A DNA stretch of 64,000 nt, taken from the IMG/VR virus record IMGVR_UViG_3300002835_000013; one strand, written 5' to 3'. Position 1 is the first letter of the stretch; each line of letters opens with the position of its first letter. Positions 27,930 to 38,049 of this stretch are shown piece by piece. Origin of the DNA: a virus. The position numbers were made by a program, and so were the translations under genes. Under the pieces are notes generated by a model. That model searched no databases. It was not told where the DNA came from and was given only the letters and a program-made list of their open reading frames with translations.

Positions 27930-29405
27930 TTAGTTCCTAATTGAAAATGTTAATAGTCTTTTGAAGGACTCTAAGTCTTCATTTAGCATGTTCTCAACAA
28001 TCTTCTTGTTTTTGCTATTGACCGAGTCATATACTTCAAGTATTCTTTTAGCCATACCAGTATTTAGTGTAACCGATCTTCCATTAATACCGATATTCAT
28101 TGTGTCTCTGCCTTCTTCAATCATTTGTCTAAGGTCAGACATTTTGTTTTCCTGAACTGTCTTTTTCATAGCACGGACTTCAGGAGTGTGTGTTCTTACA
28201 TTTGATTTTGATACAGTGTCGAATGTATGTGTTTTAGTTTCCACATCATCGGATGATCCCGTTGCAACGTCTTTCGCCATATCGGCAGCAGCACCCAATG
28301 CGCCTAATTTAGATGGCTTGGCAGATGGTTTTGGTGTTGGTTTAACTTTTGGTGCAGGCTTTGCTTTTGATGCGCCTCTACCAAATCTGCTTGCTAGTCT
28401 ACCAAGACCTTTACTTGCTAGTTTTGCTCCACCAACCAATGCTTTGCCAGCTACTGCGCCTGTTGCTAACAAAGCTGTATCAACAGCGGCATCGGTTGCT
28501 GCGCCTTTATAATCGCCTTTGTATAGCTTTTTACCTGCGCTGTAGTATGGAACAATTGCTTCTGCACCAGCATCTAGAACGTCAGCGACGCCTTCGTTCT
28601 GTTGCATACGAAGTTCATACAACTTCATCTTGAAATCTTCTTCGCAATTCCAACGACGAAGTGCCTTATTGATGCGTGAGTCTGGATCTCTCGCTGTCTT
28701 AGCAGAGGTCAATCTCTTTTTCATTCCACCCATGCGTGAACAAAACGACTTACGGCGTGCCGCTCTCTTACCCTTTGGATTCTTTTCTGTTACGGCTGTC
28801 TGTAATTTAGAGCCTGGATTTTCACGACGATAAGCATTGACGGCAGCCTGTGATAGACCGTCTGTTTTATCTTTACGATTTACATCTTGCCAATCTTCTT
28901 TCATACTCTCTTTTGTCTTTGCTCTATTGTATGCTTTCTTAGCGCCCTTATAAGCACCAATGGCAGCGCCGACTGGTGTTCCGATCATAGAACCAGGAAT
29001 ATGTCCTACGGATCCAGCTATGAATCCTGCGGCTCCGCCACCAATAGCGCCTCTAACACCACCTTTTACAGCGTCCCACTTTGCGCCTTCTGCTAAGTCG
29101 AGTTCCTCTAAAGTATCATAAACAGTTGCTTCGCTTAGATTTAGATTGCCAGTAGGACCAAATGGTATAGAAAGATACTTGTCTACTGTCTTAGAGTAAT
29201 ACAAAGCAACAACCTGTTTGTCAGGATATAGTCTGTAAGTAACCCTTCTAAACATTAGAAGATTTGGCATTGTGGAAGGAGATGGGACATCATATGCTTT
29301 TTTGATGCCAGCAACTTTCTTTTCCTCAAGCACTAATTCCTCAGGTGATGCCTGAGTTAGAAATTCATTATCGTATTCTTCTCTTAGTTGCTTGAGTGTT
29401 TTCAT
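27930..29405 (-). CDS. Putative internal head protein with DUF6321-like segment
   Basis: MKTLKQLREE start; YRRENPGSKL...RRKSFC.RM...DPDSRINKALRRWNC; Gly/Ala-rich hydrophobic stretches. Confidence 0.65.
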   Translation of the reverse strand: MKTLKQLREEYDNEFLTQASPEELVLEEKKVAGIKKAYDVPSPSTMPNLLMFRRVTYRLYPDKQVVALYYSKTVDKYLSIPFGPTGNLNLSEATVYDTLEELDLAEGAKWDAVKGGVRGAIGGGAAGFIAGSVGHIPGSMIGTPVGAAIGAYKGAKKAYNRAKTKESMKEDWQDVNRKDKTDGLSQAAVNAYRRENPGSKLQTAVTEKNPKGKRAARRKSFCSRMGGMKKRLTSAKTARDPDSRINKALRRWNCEEDFKMKLYELRMQQNEGVADVLDAGAEAIVPYYSAGKKLYKGDYKGAATDAAVDTALLATGAVAGKALVGGAKLASKGLGRLASRFGRGASKAKPAPKVKPTPKPSAKPSKLGALGAAADMAKDVATGSSDDVETKTHTFDTVSKSNVRTHTPEVRAMKKTVQENKMSDLRQMIEEGRDTMNIGINGRSVTLNTGMAKRILEVYDSVNSKNKKIVENMLNEDLESFKRLLTFSIRN

Positions 29406-29415
29406 AATCTAATCC

Positions 29416-31182
29416 TTACTGGGCAAAGTAGTTAGAAGCGATTTCTTTCTTCTTTTCTTCAAGGCGTTCCATTGCCTTTTCTTGAAGAGCAGCAAGAAAG
29501 TTCTCTTTCATATTTACTAGATTGTTGTCTAGAATGTCATCAAGTGCTTCGTTGATAAGTTCTTTGGTATCCATTTTAGTTTCCTCTTTCATGTCTGTGA
29601 CGCTTGTTTGTTTTGGTTTAGCTGCATAAGGCTCACCCTTGACATTTGTTTGATACTCGCTACCACCATAAGAGAACTTACCACCAGCTCCGCCTGTTTC
29701 AGAACGGGCTGCCTGGAATGCTTGTCCTCTTGTAAAGTAATCTGGACGACTTGGTGGAGTCGGTGCGTCAACCTTAGGAGAACGATCAGGATTGATAGAT
29801 GCTCCCTTTACAGGTTCAACATTCTTTGTGCTTCCTTGTGCAGATGTTGTATTTGTCTTTTCTTTTGATGGAGAAAGAACCTGCTTTTCATAATCAGCAA
29901 TAGAACGACCTTGAGCCTTGTAAGGATTATAACTCTTTAGTGTATCTTGTCTTTTCTTTTCGTCCTCACCTGCGCCTGCTGGTGTTGGTGACATAACTGC
30001 GGCAGCGGCTGTAGCTGCTGGACCACCAGCTACTCTTAGTGCGGTTCCTGCGATGCGAGATGCGGCTGGTGCTGCCTTAGCAACCATAGAAGCTGCGTCT
30101 CTACCAGCGGTTGTCATGCCTTTTACAACTGGACTTGTCTGTCTTGAGGCGCCCATTGCCTTACCGACATTGACACCACCTTGTGAAAAAGATGTTCCTA
30201 CTTTTGTTGGTGAAGCTGACATGCTACCACCACCTGTGCCCATTCTACTTGTTCCTGATCTTGACCAGGATCTCTCAATAGAAGGCTGAACACCAGAACT
30301 TACCTTGACATTAGGTCTAGCAGACATTGAACCACTTTGACCTGCCATTCTTCCACCTGTTCTACCAGATGTTTCTGTTGGTCTAGGTGCCTGTCTTTTT
30401 ACACCAGGAACTTGCTGACCAACAACGGCAGGTGGCTGAACTGCTGGTGGCATTGCCATAGCAACTTCTTTGATTTCTTTTTTATCTTCTTTTTTCTTGC
30501 CGCTTTCAATAAACTTCTTATTGATAGCATGGGATAGTGTCTTGCTTGGCGCTTTGCCTTGTCTGAACCGAGCGTTAGAAACCTTGCCGACTAGTTCTGC
30601 GGAGATTTCGTCAATCTGTTCTTCCTTCATCTGCTTTACCTTTGCCCTTAGATGCTCTCTAGCCTTATCATAACCTTTGATAGTATAGTTTAGACCTGTA
30701 GCACCCCAACCAACTGGGCCAGGTAATGTAGATGTTGCTGCTACTAATCCTCTCTTTGGATCGGATCCCTTACGTCCTTCGGCAGCATCACCAGCAACTT
30801 GACCTAATGTTGCTAAGTTGGCAAAAGTCATTCCTGTAGCGACTGCTTTTTTAACTTTAGGCGGAATCTTTACTTCATCCACCTTCATAACTTTTCTGGA
30901 TGAACCTGTATAATCTCCGATAGTCTCACTATCTCTTTCAGGTTCGGTAGACATACCTTCTTTTGTAATCTTTGTCTTTTCTAGCTTTGCTAGTTTCTTA
31001 TAATAATCTGGTCTCTCTGAAAGATGGTCTCTAGCAATCTCTAAGGCATCTTTACGACTATCTGTATGCTCTTTCTCAACGGCAGCACCTTGAGCAATAA
31101 GTCTCTTTACTTCATCAAGAGACATATTCCACTTCTTTGCCAGTTGAGCCGCAGTTAGTGTTTTGACGCTTTTGAGAGACAA
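29416..31182 (-). CDS. Putative internal head protein (DUF5661-like N-terminus, core-protein-like C-terminus)
   Basis: G..VE.EHT.....A.EIA.DHL.E.PDYY.KL; C-terminal F...L..KA...LE..K.EIA...F. Confidence 0.65.
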   Translation of the reverse strand: MSLKSVKTLTAAQLAKKWNMSLDEVKRLIAQGAAVEKEHTDSRKDALEIARDHLSERPDYYKKLAKLEKTKITKEGMSTEPERDSETIGDYTGSSRKVMKVDEVKIPPKVKKAVATGMTFANLATLGQVAGDAAEGRKGSDPKRGLVAATSTLPGPVGWGATGLNYTIKGYDKAREHLRAKVKQMKEEQIDEISAELVGKVSNARFRQGKAPSKTLSHAINKKFIESGKKKEDKKEIKEVAMAMPPAVQPPAVVGQQVPGVKRQAPRPTETSGRTGGRMAGQSGSMSARPNVKVSSGVQPSIERSWSRSGTSRMGTGGGSMSASPTKVGTSFSQGGVNVGKAMGASRQTSPVVKGMTTAGRDAASMVAKAAPAASRIAGTALRVAGGPAATAAAAVMSPTPAGAGEDEKKRQDTLKSYNPYKAQGRSIADYEKQVLSPSKEKTNTTSAQGSTKNVEPVKGASINPDRSPKVDAPTPPSRPDYFTRGQAFQAARSETGGAGGKFSYGGSEYQTNVKGEPYAAKPKQTSVTDMKEETKMDTKELINEALDDILDNNLVNMKENFLAALQEKAMERLEEKKKEIASNYFAQ

Positions 31183-31203
31183 ATGGAAATCCTTTTTTAT
31201 TAT

Positions 31204-33060
31204 TTAGTTGATAGGAACAAGTTCGCCATTTTCATTGAGATGTGTTACTTCACCATCGGTATTGGCATATCTGTTAGAACCAACATATGTTAGTCCCATT
31301 TCTCTTGCTTCCTTGACAACAGACTTTTTAGCTGGTGCTGATTTCTTTGACTGAATCTGTGCCAACTTGATCTTCTTATCCATCATCTTGGACTCATGAT
31401 CACGACCCGAAACTTCTGCTTTACCTGGACCTTCATCTGGTCCAGTAATCTTCTCGACTTCCTTATCAACTTGTGCTTGTGCAATTTGTTGTTGTGCGCC
31501 AAATGCAATTTGATTCTGCATATCTTGTTGTTGTTGTGCTTGCTGCGCCTCCTGATCCGCAATAGCCTGTTGCTGTTGCTGTTGCGCCAGAATAGCATTC
31601 TCTTGTTCCATCTGTGCGTTGATTTCTTCAATATCATCTTCGGACTGTTGAAGAATGTTCTTACGAACCCACATCATAGAATAATATCTACCAACAAATG
31701 GATCAACTTTGATTAGTGTGTCCAGACGAAGATTTAGGAGTTCTGCTTCCTTTAGTTCGTCAAAGTTATTGTCTTTCTTATAGTCGTACCAGATATCTTC
31801 TTTGATTTCTTTCCATTCTTCGTCGGTACAAACCTTTTTCAATACCAACTGAATACGAAGGAGTTCATCGAATAGTGTGGAGAATTTATTACGAAGTCTG
31901 GTAACGAACTTATTGAACTTTAGTTCGTCTCTTGTAATCTCTGTGGTGCGGCCTAGTGTAAAGCCTGGACTCTGTTCCATACGTGATACAGGAACACCAA
32001 GAGCCTTGTATAGTTTTGTCTGGAAATACTTAACATCTTCCATTTCACCTAGATTGCGTGCGCCCTCTAGTGTGGAGATTTCTGTTCCTTTAGAACCTTC
32101 ACGGCGTGGTAGCCAGAAATCTTCTAGCATTGATAGATGCTTACGGTCATCTTTGATTTCACCAGTATTGGAATCGTAAACTAGTTTATTACGATACTTG
32201 ACCATAATATCACGAACATACTGTTCCGCTTTGACTGTTGGCATGTTACCAACGTCAATATAGAATACACGGCGCTCTGGCGCTCTTGATAGACGATAGA
32301 TAACGGTAGCATCTTCAACCATTCTTAGATTGTTGAATGGCTTGATTGCTTTGTGTAGGTAAGAAAGCACCATGGTCTGCTTTGGATCCATGATACCTGA
32401 ATTGACATTGACGACAGAATCGGCGGCAATCTTGGCACCTAGATTTGTACCAGAGCCAATCATTCCTCTTTCGTTATAGAGGTAATACTCAATTTGTCTT
32501 TTGATTAGTTCAACGCCTGTATTTGGATCACGCATCTTTTGAATTTCACGGATCTTACGAATACGGCGTGGGTCGATATATCTTATCTCTTGAATACCAG
32601 CGGCAGGTAATGCTTCGTCAATAACTACATGATAAAAAAGTCTTCCGTCAATATACCAACGACGAAACACATCATGTCCCATATTACCAAAGTTCATCAA
32701 CTTGAGGATATAGTTGAACTCATCCTCAATGCGCTTCTTTAGTTGTGGGGTAAGTTTGACATCATCTAGATTGATTTCTACGGAGGTACCAGAATCTTCT
32801 ACTACAATTGCCTCGTTTACGATTTCATCAATAGCAGATTCCATTTCAGGTTGAATGGATAATTCTCTATACTTTGTGATTAGTTGGGCTTCATTTCTAA
32901 ATGTACCATCAAGATCAACATATGTTCCATAGTAACCAGCGCCAGCAACCGTTACCGCACCGTCGTTGTTTTCGGGCAGAGTAAATGTTTTCTGTCTTTG
33001 TTGATCTTCTAAACGAGGATCAATCTTATCAGCACCGATCTGAAAACCAAATAATTTCAC
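31204..33060 (-). CDS. 20: Portal protein gp20
   Basis: MKLFGF, RWYIDGR, IYRLSRAPERRVFYIDVGN, EDFWLPRREG, ITRDE.KF. Confidence 0.98.
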   Translation of the reverse strand: MKLFGFQIGADKIDPRLEDQQRQKTFTLPENNDGAVTVAGAGYYGTYVDLDGTFRNEAQLITKYRELSIQPEMESAIDEIVNEAIVVEDSGTSVEINLDDVKLTPQLKKRIEDEFNYILKLMNFGNMGHDVFRRWYIDGRLFYHVVIDEALPAAGIQEIRYIDPRRIRKIREIQKMRDPNTGVELIKRQIEYYLYNERGMIGSGTNLGAKIAADSVVNVNSGIMDPKQTMVLSYLHKAIKPFNNLRMVEDATVIYRLSRAPERRVFYIDVGNMPTVKAEQYVRDIMVKYRNKLVYDSNTGEIKDDRKHLSMLEDFWLPRREGSKGTEISTLEGARNLGEMEDVKYFQTKLYKALGVPVSRMEQSPGFTLGRTTEITRDELKFNKFVTRLRNKFSTLFDELLRIQLVLKKVCTDEEWKEIKEDIWYDYKKDNNFDELKEAELLNLRLDTLIKVDPFVGRYYSMMWVRKNILQQSEDDIEEINAQMEQENAILAQQQQQQAIADQEAQQAQQQQDMQNQIAFGAQQQIAQAQVDKEVEKITGPDEGPGKAEVSGRDHESKMMDKKIKLAQIQSKKSAPAKKSVVKEAREMGLTYVGSNRYANTDGEVTHLNENGELVPIN

Positions 33061-33080
33061 TAGATTATCCTTTTATGAAG

Positions 33081-33107
33081 GCCTACGGGAACTGAATCCC
33101 CGTAGGC
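33081..33107. other. Intergenic 9-bp stem-loop between genes 19 and 20
   Basis: GCCTACGGG...CCCGTAGGC inverted repeat. Confidence 0.6.
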
Positions 33108-33123
33108 TATAAATTATATAGTA

Positions 33124-33681
33124 TTATACACCGTCAGTTGTTGGAATTGGGAATAGAGATTCCCACCACTGATAAGCGAATGTAACACCATATTCCTCAA
33201 TCTGATCACCTGATGCCCAATCTAGATCGATTGCGGCAACATCAACAGGGAATGCTCCATAAATCTTATACTGCTTGATAATCTCGCCAGTCTTGGCAAA
33301 CTGTGTTACCATAGCTTGTGACTGATAGGCGACACCAGCTCTTGCAGCAGGATTACGAAGATTACCTACGTGTGAGTTGATATTACTTAGCCAGATTTCT
33401 AGATTGTTACGAATGGTGAAGTTTTCATCATTGATAACCTGAAATGACCAGTCTGGGAATGTTCTGGTACCAGCAACCTTAATTGTGCGTCCAAAATATG
33501 GAACTTCGATGGAAGACATCGAATCTCCTGGTAGCGATGTTGCTCTAGCCTTAAAGATAATATCTGGGCTTAGAGGTGCTGCTCCCAAAATTGGGGGCAG
33601 CGTCATCATTACTTCAAAGAGACTGGCTCTTGCACCGTCATCAACTAGACTTGCTCTAAATGTGTCAACGTTGAATGGCAT
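33124..33681 (-). CDS. 19: Tail tube protein gp19
   Basis: GAR..LF.V, LPG, GR..K.AG.RTF.DW, IEEY.VTF.Y.WW. Confidence 0.97.
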   Translation of the reverse strand: MPFNVDTFRASLVDDGARASLFEVMMTLPPILGAAPLSPDIIFKARATSLPGDSMSSIEVPYFGRTIKVAGTRTFPDWSFQVINDENFTIRNNLEIWLSNINSHVGNLRNPAARAGVAYQSQAMVTQFAKTGEIIKQYKIYGAFPVDVAAIDLDWASGDQIEEYGVTFAYQWWESLFPIPTTDGV

Positions 33682-33708
33682 TTGTTTAAACTCCTTTTCC
33701 TTTATTTA

Positions 33709-35460
33709 TTAGAACTGGCCAACAATTTCGGAGAAGGCAACACCGGTGCGAACAGCAACAAAGTTAAGTTGGATAAAATTGATAGCTCTCGCTGGCTTGA
33801 TATAGATATCTCCTCTAAATTCGTTGCGGTCGATAACTTCTGGTGTATTGTTTGTTGTGTCACAAACGACCTTGAAATCAAAGATACCACGACGACCTTT
33901 TACGTCTCTTAGATATGGTTCTACTAGAGCAACGAACTGGGCTCTGGTGAACTCATCGTTGAACTCGAATAGAGAATACTTGGCTGCTCTTGTAATTGTC
34001 TTTTCTAGAACAATGAACAAGCGACGAACATTGATACGATCAAATGCGGAAGGCTTGCGCTGCATGGTCTTATCACCATATAGAACAGTTCCCTCGCCTC
34101 TGAAAGAAACAACAGGATTGATGTTTGCCTTATATAGATCGTCTCTCTGTGCCTTGTTTGGGTTCCAAGCAAGTTTTGTAACATTTTTGATCTGACCACG
34201 ATTGAAACCTGCTGGTGAGAACCATGGGTCACGATCAAAGTCAGTGCGGGCGCACAGACCAGCAACGTCGGCGTTTAGTGGTACCCAACGATAGGTGTTG
34301 TTATACTTGTCGAACTGCTTCTTCCAGTTACCATCGAAGATACCATAAGAAGAAGAATTAAATAGATTGATCTTCTGAGTGATATCGGAAACTTCGGAAC
34401 CAGCATTGTCTACGACATCCATCATATCTGGAGAAATGAAGGCTACGCAATCTCGTCTAACACCAACAACATCTTCTAGAACATGCTCTGCAACTGTCTG
34501 AGAATGTGCGCCAGTCATAACTAGAGAAATATCCGTCTCTTCTGGATCAACAAATAGATCATACGAACTTTCTAGCTGTCCATTGTTTGGAGAACCGACA
34601 ACACCACCAAATAGATTCATGGTATATGAAGAATTGGACTGTCCGAAACCTGTTCCGACAAAATGTCCTGTGTTATTCTGTGTAGCAGAAGCAAGACCCC
34701 AAGATGATGTTTCAGAAACCTGTGTAACCTCGTCCTGTGCGTGACGTAGCGCCCAAAGATACTGTGATCTCTGATTGATAACGTCAACATAGAAGTTAGA
34801 AGAACCATCGTCGTTCTTGGCATCGGCTGCCTTAGAGACGAATGGGAATCTTTCAAGAATTGTATTAGCAACGCCATCAGAGAACTTGCCTAGACGATCT
34901 TGAACAACAATGTGCATTTCGTCATTAGCGCCACCTTGTGATGCGACAAATGCTGATGTTCCTGGCACACCCTCAAATACTGATTTATAAGGCCAAGTAT
35001 CAAATGCTACTGAATCCTGATCGGCCCAGATAGAAACTCTTAGTGAGTTACCTAGATCGCCTGGATACTTGGCGGCAAACATGCCCATGGTGTTAGCAAC
35101 AGTGGCAGATTCGCCATTTAGAACATAGTTGTTTTCGTAATCATCTTCATTCTTGATGATCAAAACTGTTGAACCTGTAGTAGCGTTTCTTGCAACGTCG
35201 GTATTAGCAGAACGAACCAATCTAAGGTTATTTCCGTATGATAGGAAGTTTGCGGCAGTGAAAAATGATGTGAAGTTGTTCTGTGTTGGCTTACCGAACC
35301 AACGAACTAGCTCTAGCTCATTACCAATAGTTCTAATTTCATTTACTGGACCCCAATCAAAATCACCGGCAAACGCTCCTTCAGTGGTGGATGCGGCAGG
35401 AACGATAGTCGTTAGATCGATTTCGCTAAATGCCACTCCAGGGGAAAGTTGATATGCCAT
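33709..35460 (-). CDS. 18: Tail sheath protein gp18
   Basis: LSPGV...E.DLT, WFSPAGFNRG, FDRINVRRLF, FEFNDEFTR, INFIQLNF. Confidence 0.98.
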   Translation of the reverse strand: MAYQLSPGVAFSEIDLTTIVPAASTTEGAFAGDFDWGPVNEIRTIGNELELVRWFGKPTQNNFTSFFTAANFLSYGNNLRLVRSANTDVARNATTGSTVLIIKNEDDYENNYVLNGESATVANTMGMFAAKYPGDLGNSLRVSIWADQDSVAFDTWPYKSVFEGVPGTSAFVASQGGANDEMHIVVQDRLGKFSDGVANTILERFPFVSKAADAKNDDGSSNFYVDVINQRSQYLWALRHAQDEVTQVSETSSWGLASATQNNTGHFVGTGFGQSNSSYTMNLFGGVVGSPNNGQLESSYDLFVDPEETDISLVMTGAHSQTVAEHVLEDVVGVRRDCVAFISPDMMDVVDNAGSEVSDITQKINLFNSSSYGIFDGNWKKQFDKYNNTYRWVPLNADVAGLCARTDFDRDPWFSPAGFNRGQIKNVTKLAWNPNKAQRDDLYKANINPVVSFRGEGTVLYGDKTMQRKPSAFDRINVRRLFIVLEKTITRAAKYSLFEFNDEFTRAQFVALVEPYLRDVKGRRGIFDFKVVCDTTNNTPEVIDRNEFRGDIYIKPARAINFIQLNFVAVRTGVAFSEIVGQF

Positions 35461-35535
35461 CTTTTACTCCTTTTTATAGGTTAGAATGGTTGTTTATTCC
35501 ATCTCAACCTATTTATTGTTTTGAGTGTTTTCAGA

Positions 35536-37212
35536 TTATAGTTTGCTATCCCAGTCATAGTTTAGACTATCAAAAGGATACATACTTTCTCTTCCACTTA
35601 CCCATAGGTCACCATTATCATCTTTCTCCGCATAATCATCTAAACCGTTATCAATGAATCCAAAAGGCACATTTTCAACATCTTGTAAATATGCTTGTTC
35701 TTTCTGGAGAACATATCGGATATCATTAGAAACTGTTTCTTTAAATAGTTTCTGTGCTGTCAGCCAGCCAAAATGAACGAGTGTCATCGCCAAATCGTCA
35801 TTTGAGCCCTCTTCCGCCATAAATGTCTTCTTGTTGGCAGAAAATGAGAATAGCTCGGTAATCGTATCCTCGTCATGTAGTATTAGCTTGTCGCTTTCAA
35901 TCAGCGTCTTGAGATTAGCACAACCAATCATTTTTGACTGTGCGGTAATTCTTAGACCAAATGCCAGCTTGTTCTTACCGGCAGCAAAGCCACCAGATGC
36001 CTGCATACCCTGTTTACCTTTGATCTGGAACTTTAGTAGATTTTCATAGTTTAGTTCATAATGTAGAATGTCGGCGACTTGAAGTCCGATTGAATTGATT
36101 TCAATAAGAACGAAAGCCTCATTATATCTGGTAGCGGCAGAGTAGATTATTGCCGGTAGCAGCATTGGACTTATTTCGTTGTTTCTATATTTAGCTACTT
36201 GTCTGTAAGGTATTTCCGTCACATCAAAGATGGAGAATGTAGAATAATCCAGTCCTTGACCTTCTGCTACGTCGGCGCATAGAACATATGTATGATTTCG
36301 AATAGGATCTTCAAAAACATCCATACACTCGTTTTTATAGATTGGCTCTTTCCAGTGTAGGGCAGCAAGTTTAGCGCCGTTGATAAGAGTGTTAGACGAA
36401 CCCAAGAACTCACAGCCAAACTCTTGATCGAATTGTCTTTGAGATGTGTTTCGAATAGTCTCTGCGGCCCACGCTTCGTCTCTGCCTGGTACCATGGACC
36501 AGTGAATCTCAATTGGCACATAGGTGCTAGACTTTTCGACTGCCTTTGTCCACATCTTATAGAATAAATTCATACCGTTTGGCGTAGAAACGATAACGAC
36601 CTTAGAGGTCTTACCAGACGAAATAGTAGGATAAGTTGAATTGAAAAAGTCTTCGGCAATGTTATTAGGTACGAACGCAAACTCGTCCAGAAAGATTAGG
36701 TTGAACGAGAAACCACGAACAGAGGAGCCCGATGTGGAGTCTGCCAGAACTCTTGAACCGTTGGCGAGATAGATAGAACCTTTGTTCCACTCTTTGATGC
36801 CTTGCTTGAGAAACATAGGCAGATACTCAAAAGCCAGCTTTAGCTTCTGGAGTAGTTCTCTGGCTGTAGGAGCACGGTTAGCTAGAATAGCAACTACAAA
36901 GTTTTCGTTGAATAGAACCTGATGAAGAATATAAGCGACCGATGTAGTTGACTTACCGACCTGACGTGGTAACTTACAAATAGAGAAACGATTTTCATGG
37001 AACGTATTCAGCATACGCTCCTGAAAGTCCCACATCTCAAACGGAATCAAACCACGGTCAACGTTGATGATCTTGATATACTTTTTGGAAAAATAAACAG
37101 GGTCATCGGCACATTTTAGATACTCGTCCAGCTCATGCTGTGTGAAAGCATGACGATATTGCTCGTTAGGAAGATTAGGATTATTCTGGTAACTGAACGG
37201 TGTTCGGGCCAT
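35536..37212 (-). CDS. 17: Terminase large subunit gp17
   Basis: PRQVGKST, LDEFAF, STPNG, DVAEG.G.DYS, DDLAM. Confidence 0.98.
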   Translation of the reverse strand: MARTPFSYQNNPNLPNEQYRHAFTQHELDEYLKCADDPVYFSKKYIKIINVDRGLIPFEMWDFQERMLNTFHENRFSICKLPRQVGKSTTSVAYILHQVLFNENFVVAILANRAPTARELLQKLKLAFEYLPMFLKQGIKEWNKGSIYLANGSRVLADSTSGSSVRGFSFNLIFLDEFAFVPNNIAEDFFNSTYPTISSGKTSKVVIVSTPNGMNLFYKMWTKAVEKSSTYVPIEIHWSMVPGRDEAWAAETIRNTSQRQFDQEFGCEFLGSSNTLINGAKLAALHWKEPIYKNECMDVFEDPIRNHTYVLCADVAEGQGLDYSTFSIFDVTEIPYRQVAKYRNNEISPMLLPAIIYSAATRYNEAFVLIEINSIGLQVADILHYELNYENLLKFQIKGKQGMQASGGFAAGKNKLAFGLRITAQSKMIGCANLKTLIESDKLILHDEDTITELFSFSANKKTFMAEEGSNDDLAMTLVHFGWLTAQKLFKETVSNDIRYVLQKEQAYLQDVENVPFGFIDNGLDDYAEKDDNGDLWVSGRESMYPFDSLNYDWDSKL

Positions 37213-37639
37213 CTTCTCTTTGCTTCTTTATAGCTGACAACAATTCCGCCGCCGATCCTACAAAGACTGCTTGCTCCACGTTGATAGACTCCGCATTCTT
37301 CTTTCGAGGATCAGAATCTGGATTAGGTTCTCTCAATTCTTTCTTTTGTTTTTGTAGGGCGTATAGGTCTTTGGACGTTTCGCCAACAGTTTTGATGAGA
37401 TTAGAAACAACCTCAAAACCTCTCGCACTTTCGTTGTTCCTAGCGATTGCTGTGATTTCATCGATGGCGTCGTTTCCCTTTACGATTAGATTACGAAGTG
37501 TCTTTCGCACCAATACATAATCTTCATCTTCATCTGGCAAGTCAGATGGAGGCAAATACTCCACGACTTCCTGTTTCTTGACTTCAACAGGTTCGTGTGG
37601 TATGCCTAAAGCATCTGATAGATTTTTATCAACACCCAT
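37181..37639 (-). CDS. 16: Terminase small subunit gp16
   Basis: DY...R..L..L...G, R..EV, VFVGS.AEL. Confidence 0.92.
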   Translation of the reverse strand: MGVDKNLSDALGIPHEPVEVKKQEVVEYLPPSDLPDEDEDYVLVRKTLRNLIVKGNDAIDEITAIARNNESARGFEVVSNLIKTVGETSKDLYALQKQKKELREPNPDSDPRKKNAESINVEQAVFVGSAAELLSAIKKQREDGPNTVQLPE

Positions 37640-37648
37640 AATACTATC

Positions 37649-38041
37649 TCACAAATTTCTTAAATACGTTAGCATCGCTTCTGGAGTAGGTTCGATTTCT
37701 CCTGCTTCAAGCAAAGTATTTAATGCTTCTAGTTTCTCTCTAGGATATGAACGTAATTCTTCGATGGATTCTACTTGAGCATCAAAGACTAGTTTTTCTT
37801 CGTCGGTCATATCTCTTATTATGTATCTATCATGCCAACCATAATTTGATTTTTCATATACTACACCCTCCAGAATTTGATATCTATCTAGAGATGGTAT
37901 AGGCATGCGAGTAAATCTCTCAAATCCTTTTGGTATATTATCTTCACTGGCATTAGGATAAATCATGCGAAGATTCCAACCAGTAATTGGATGATCTACT
38001 GCCTGACCGTTTTCAACACGGATATAAAGTTCTTCTTCCAT
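37649..38041 (-). CDS. Putative tail-fibre-associated / assembly protein
   Basis: LYIRVENGQAVDHP...P.GF.RF; paralogous to 51842-52438. Confidence 0.55.
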   Translation of the reverse strand: MEEELYIRVENGQAVDHPITGWNLRMIYPNASEDNIPKGFERFTRMPIPSLDRYQILEGVVYEKSNYGWHDRYIIRDMTDEEKLVFDAQVESIEELRSYPREKLEALNTLLEAGEIEPTPEAMLTYLRNL

Positions 38042-38049
38042 GTATTCTC

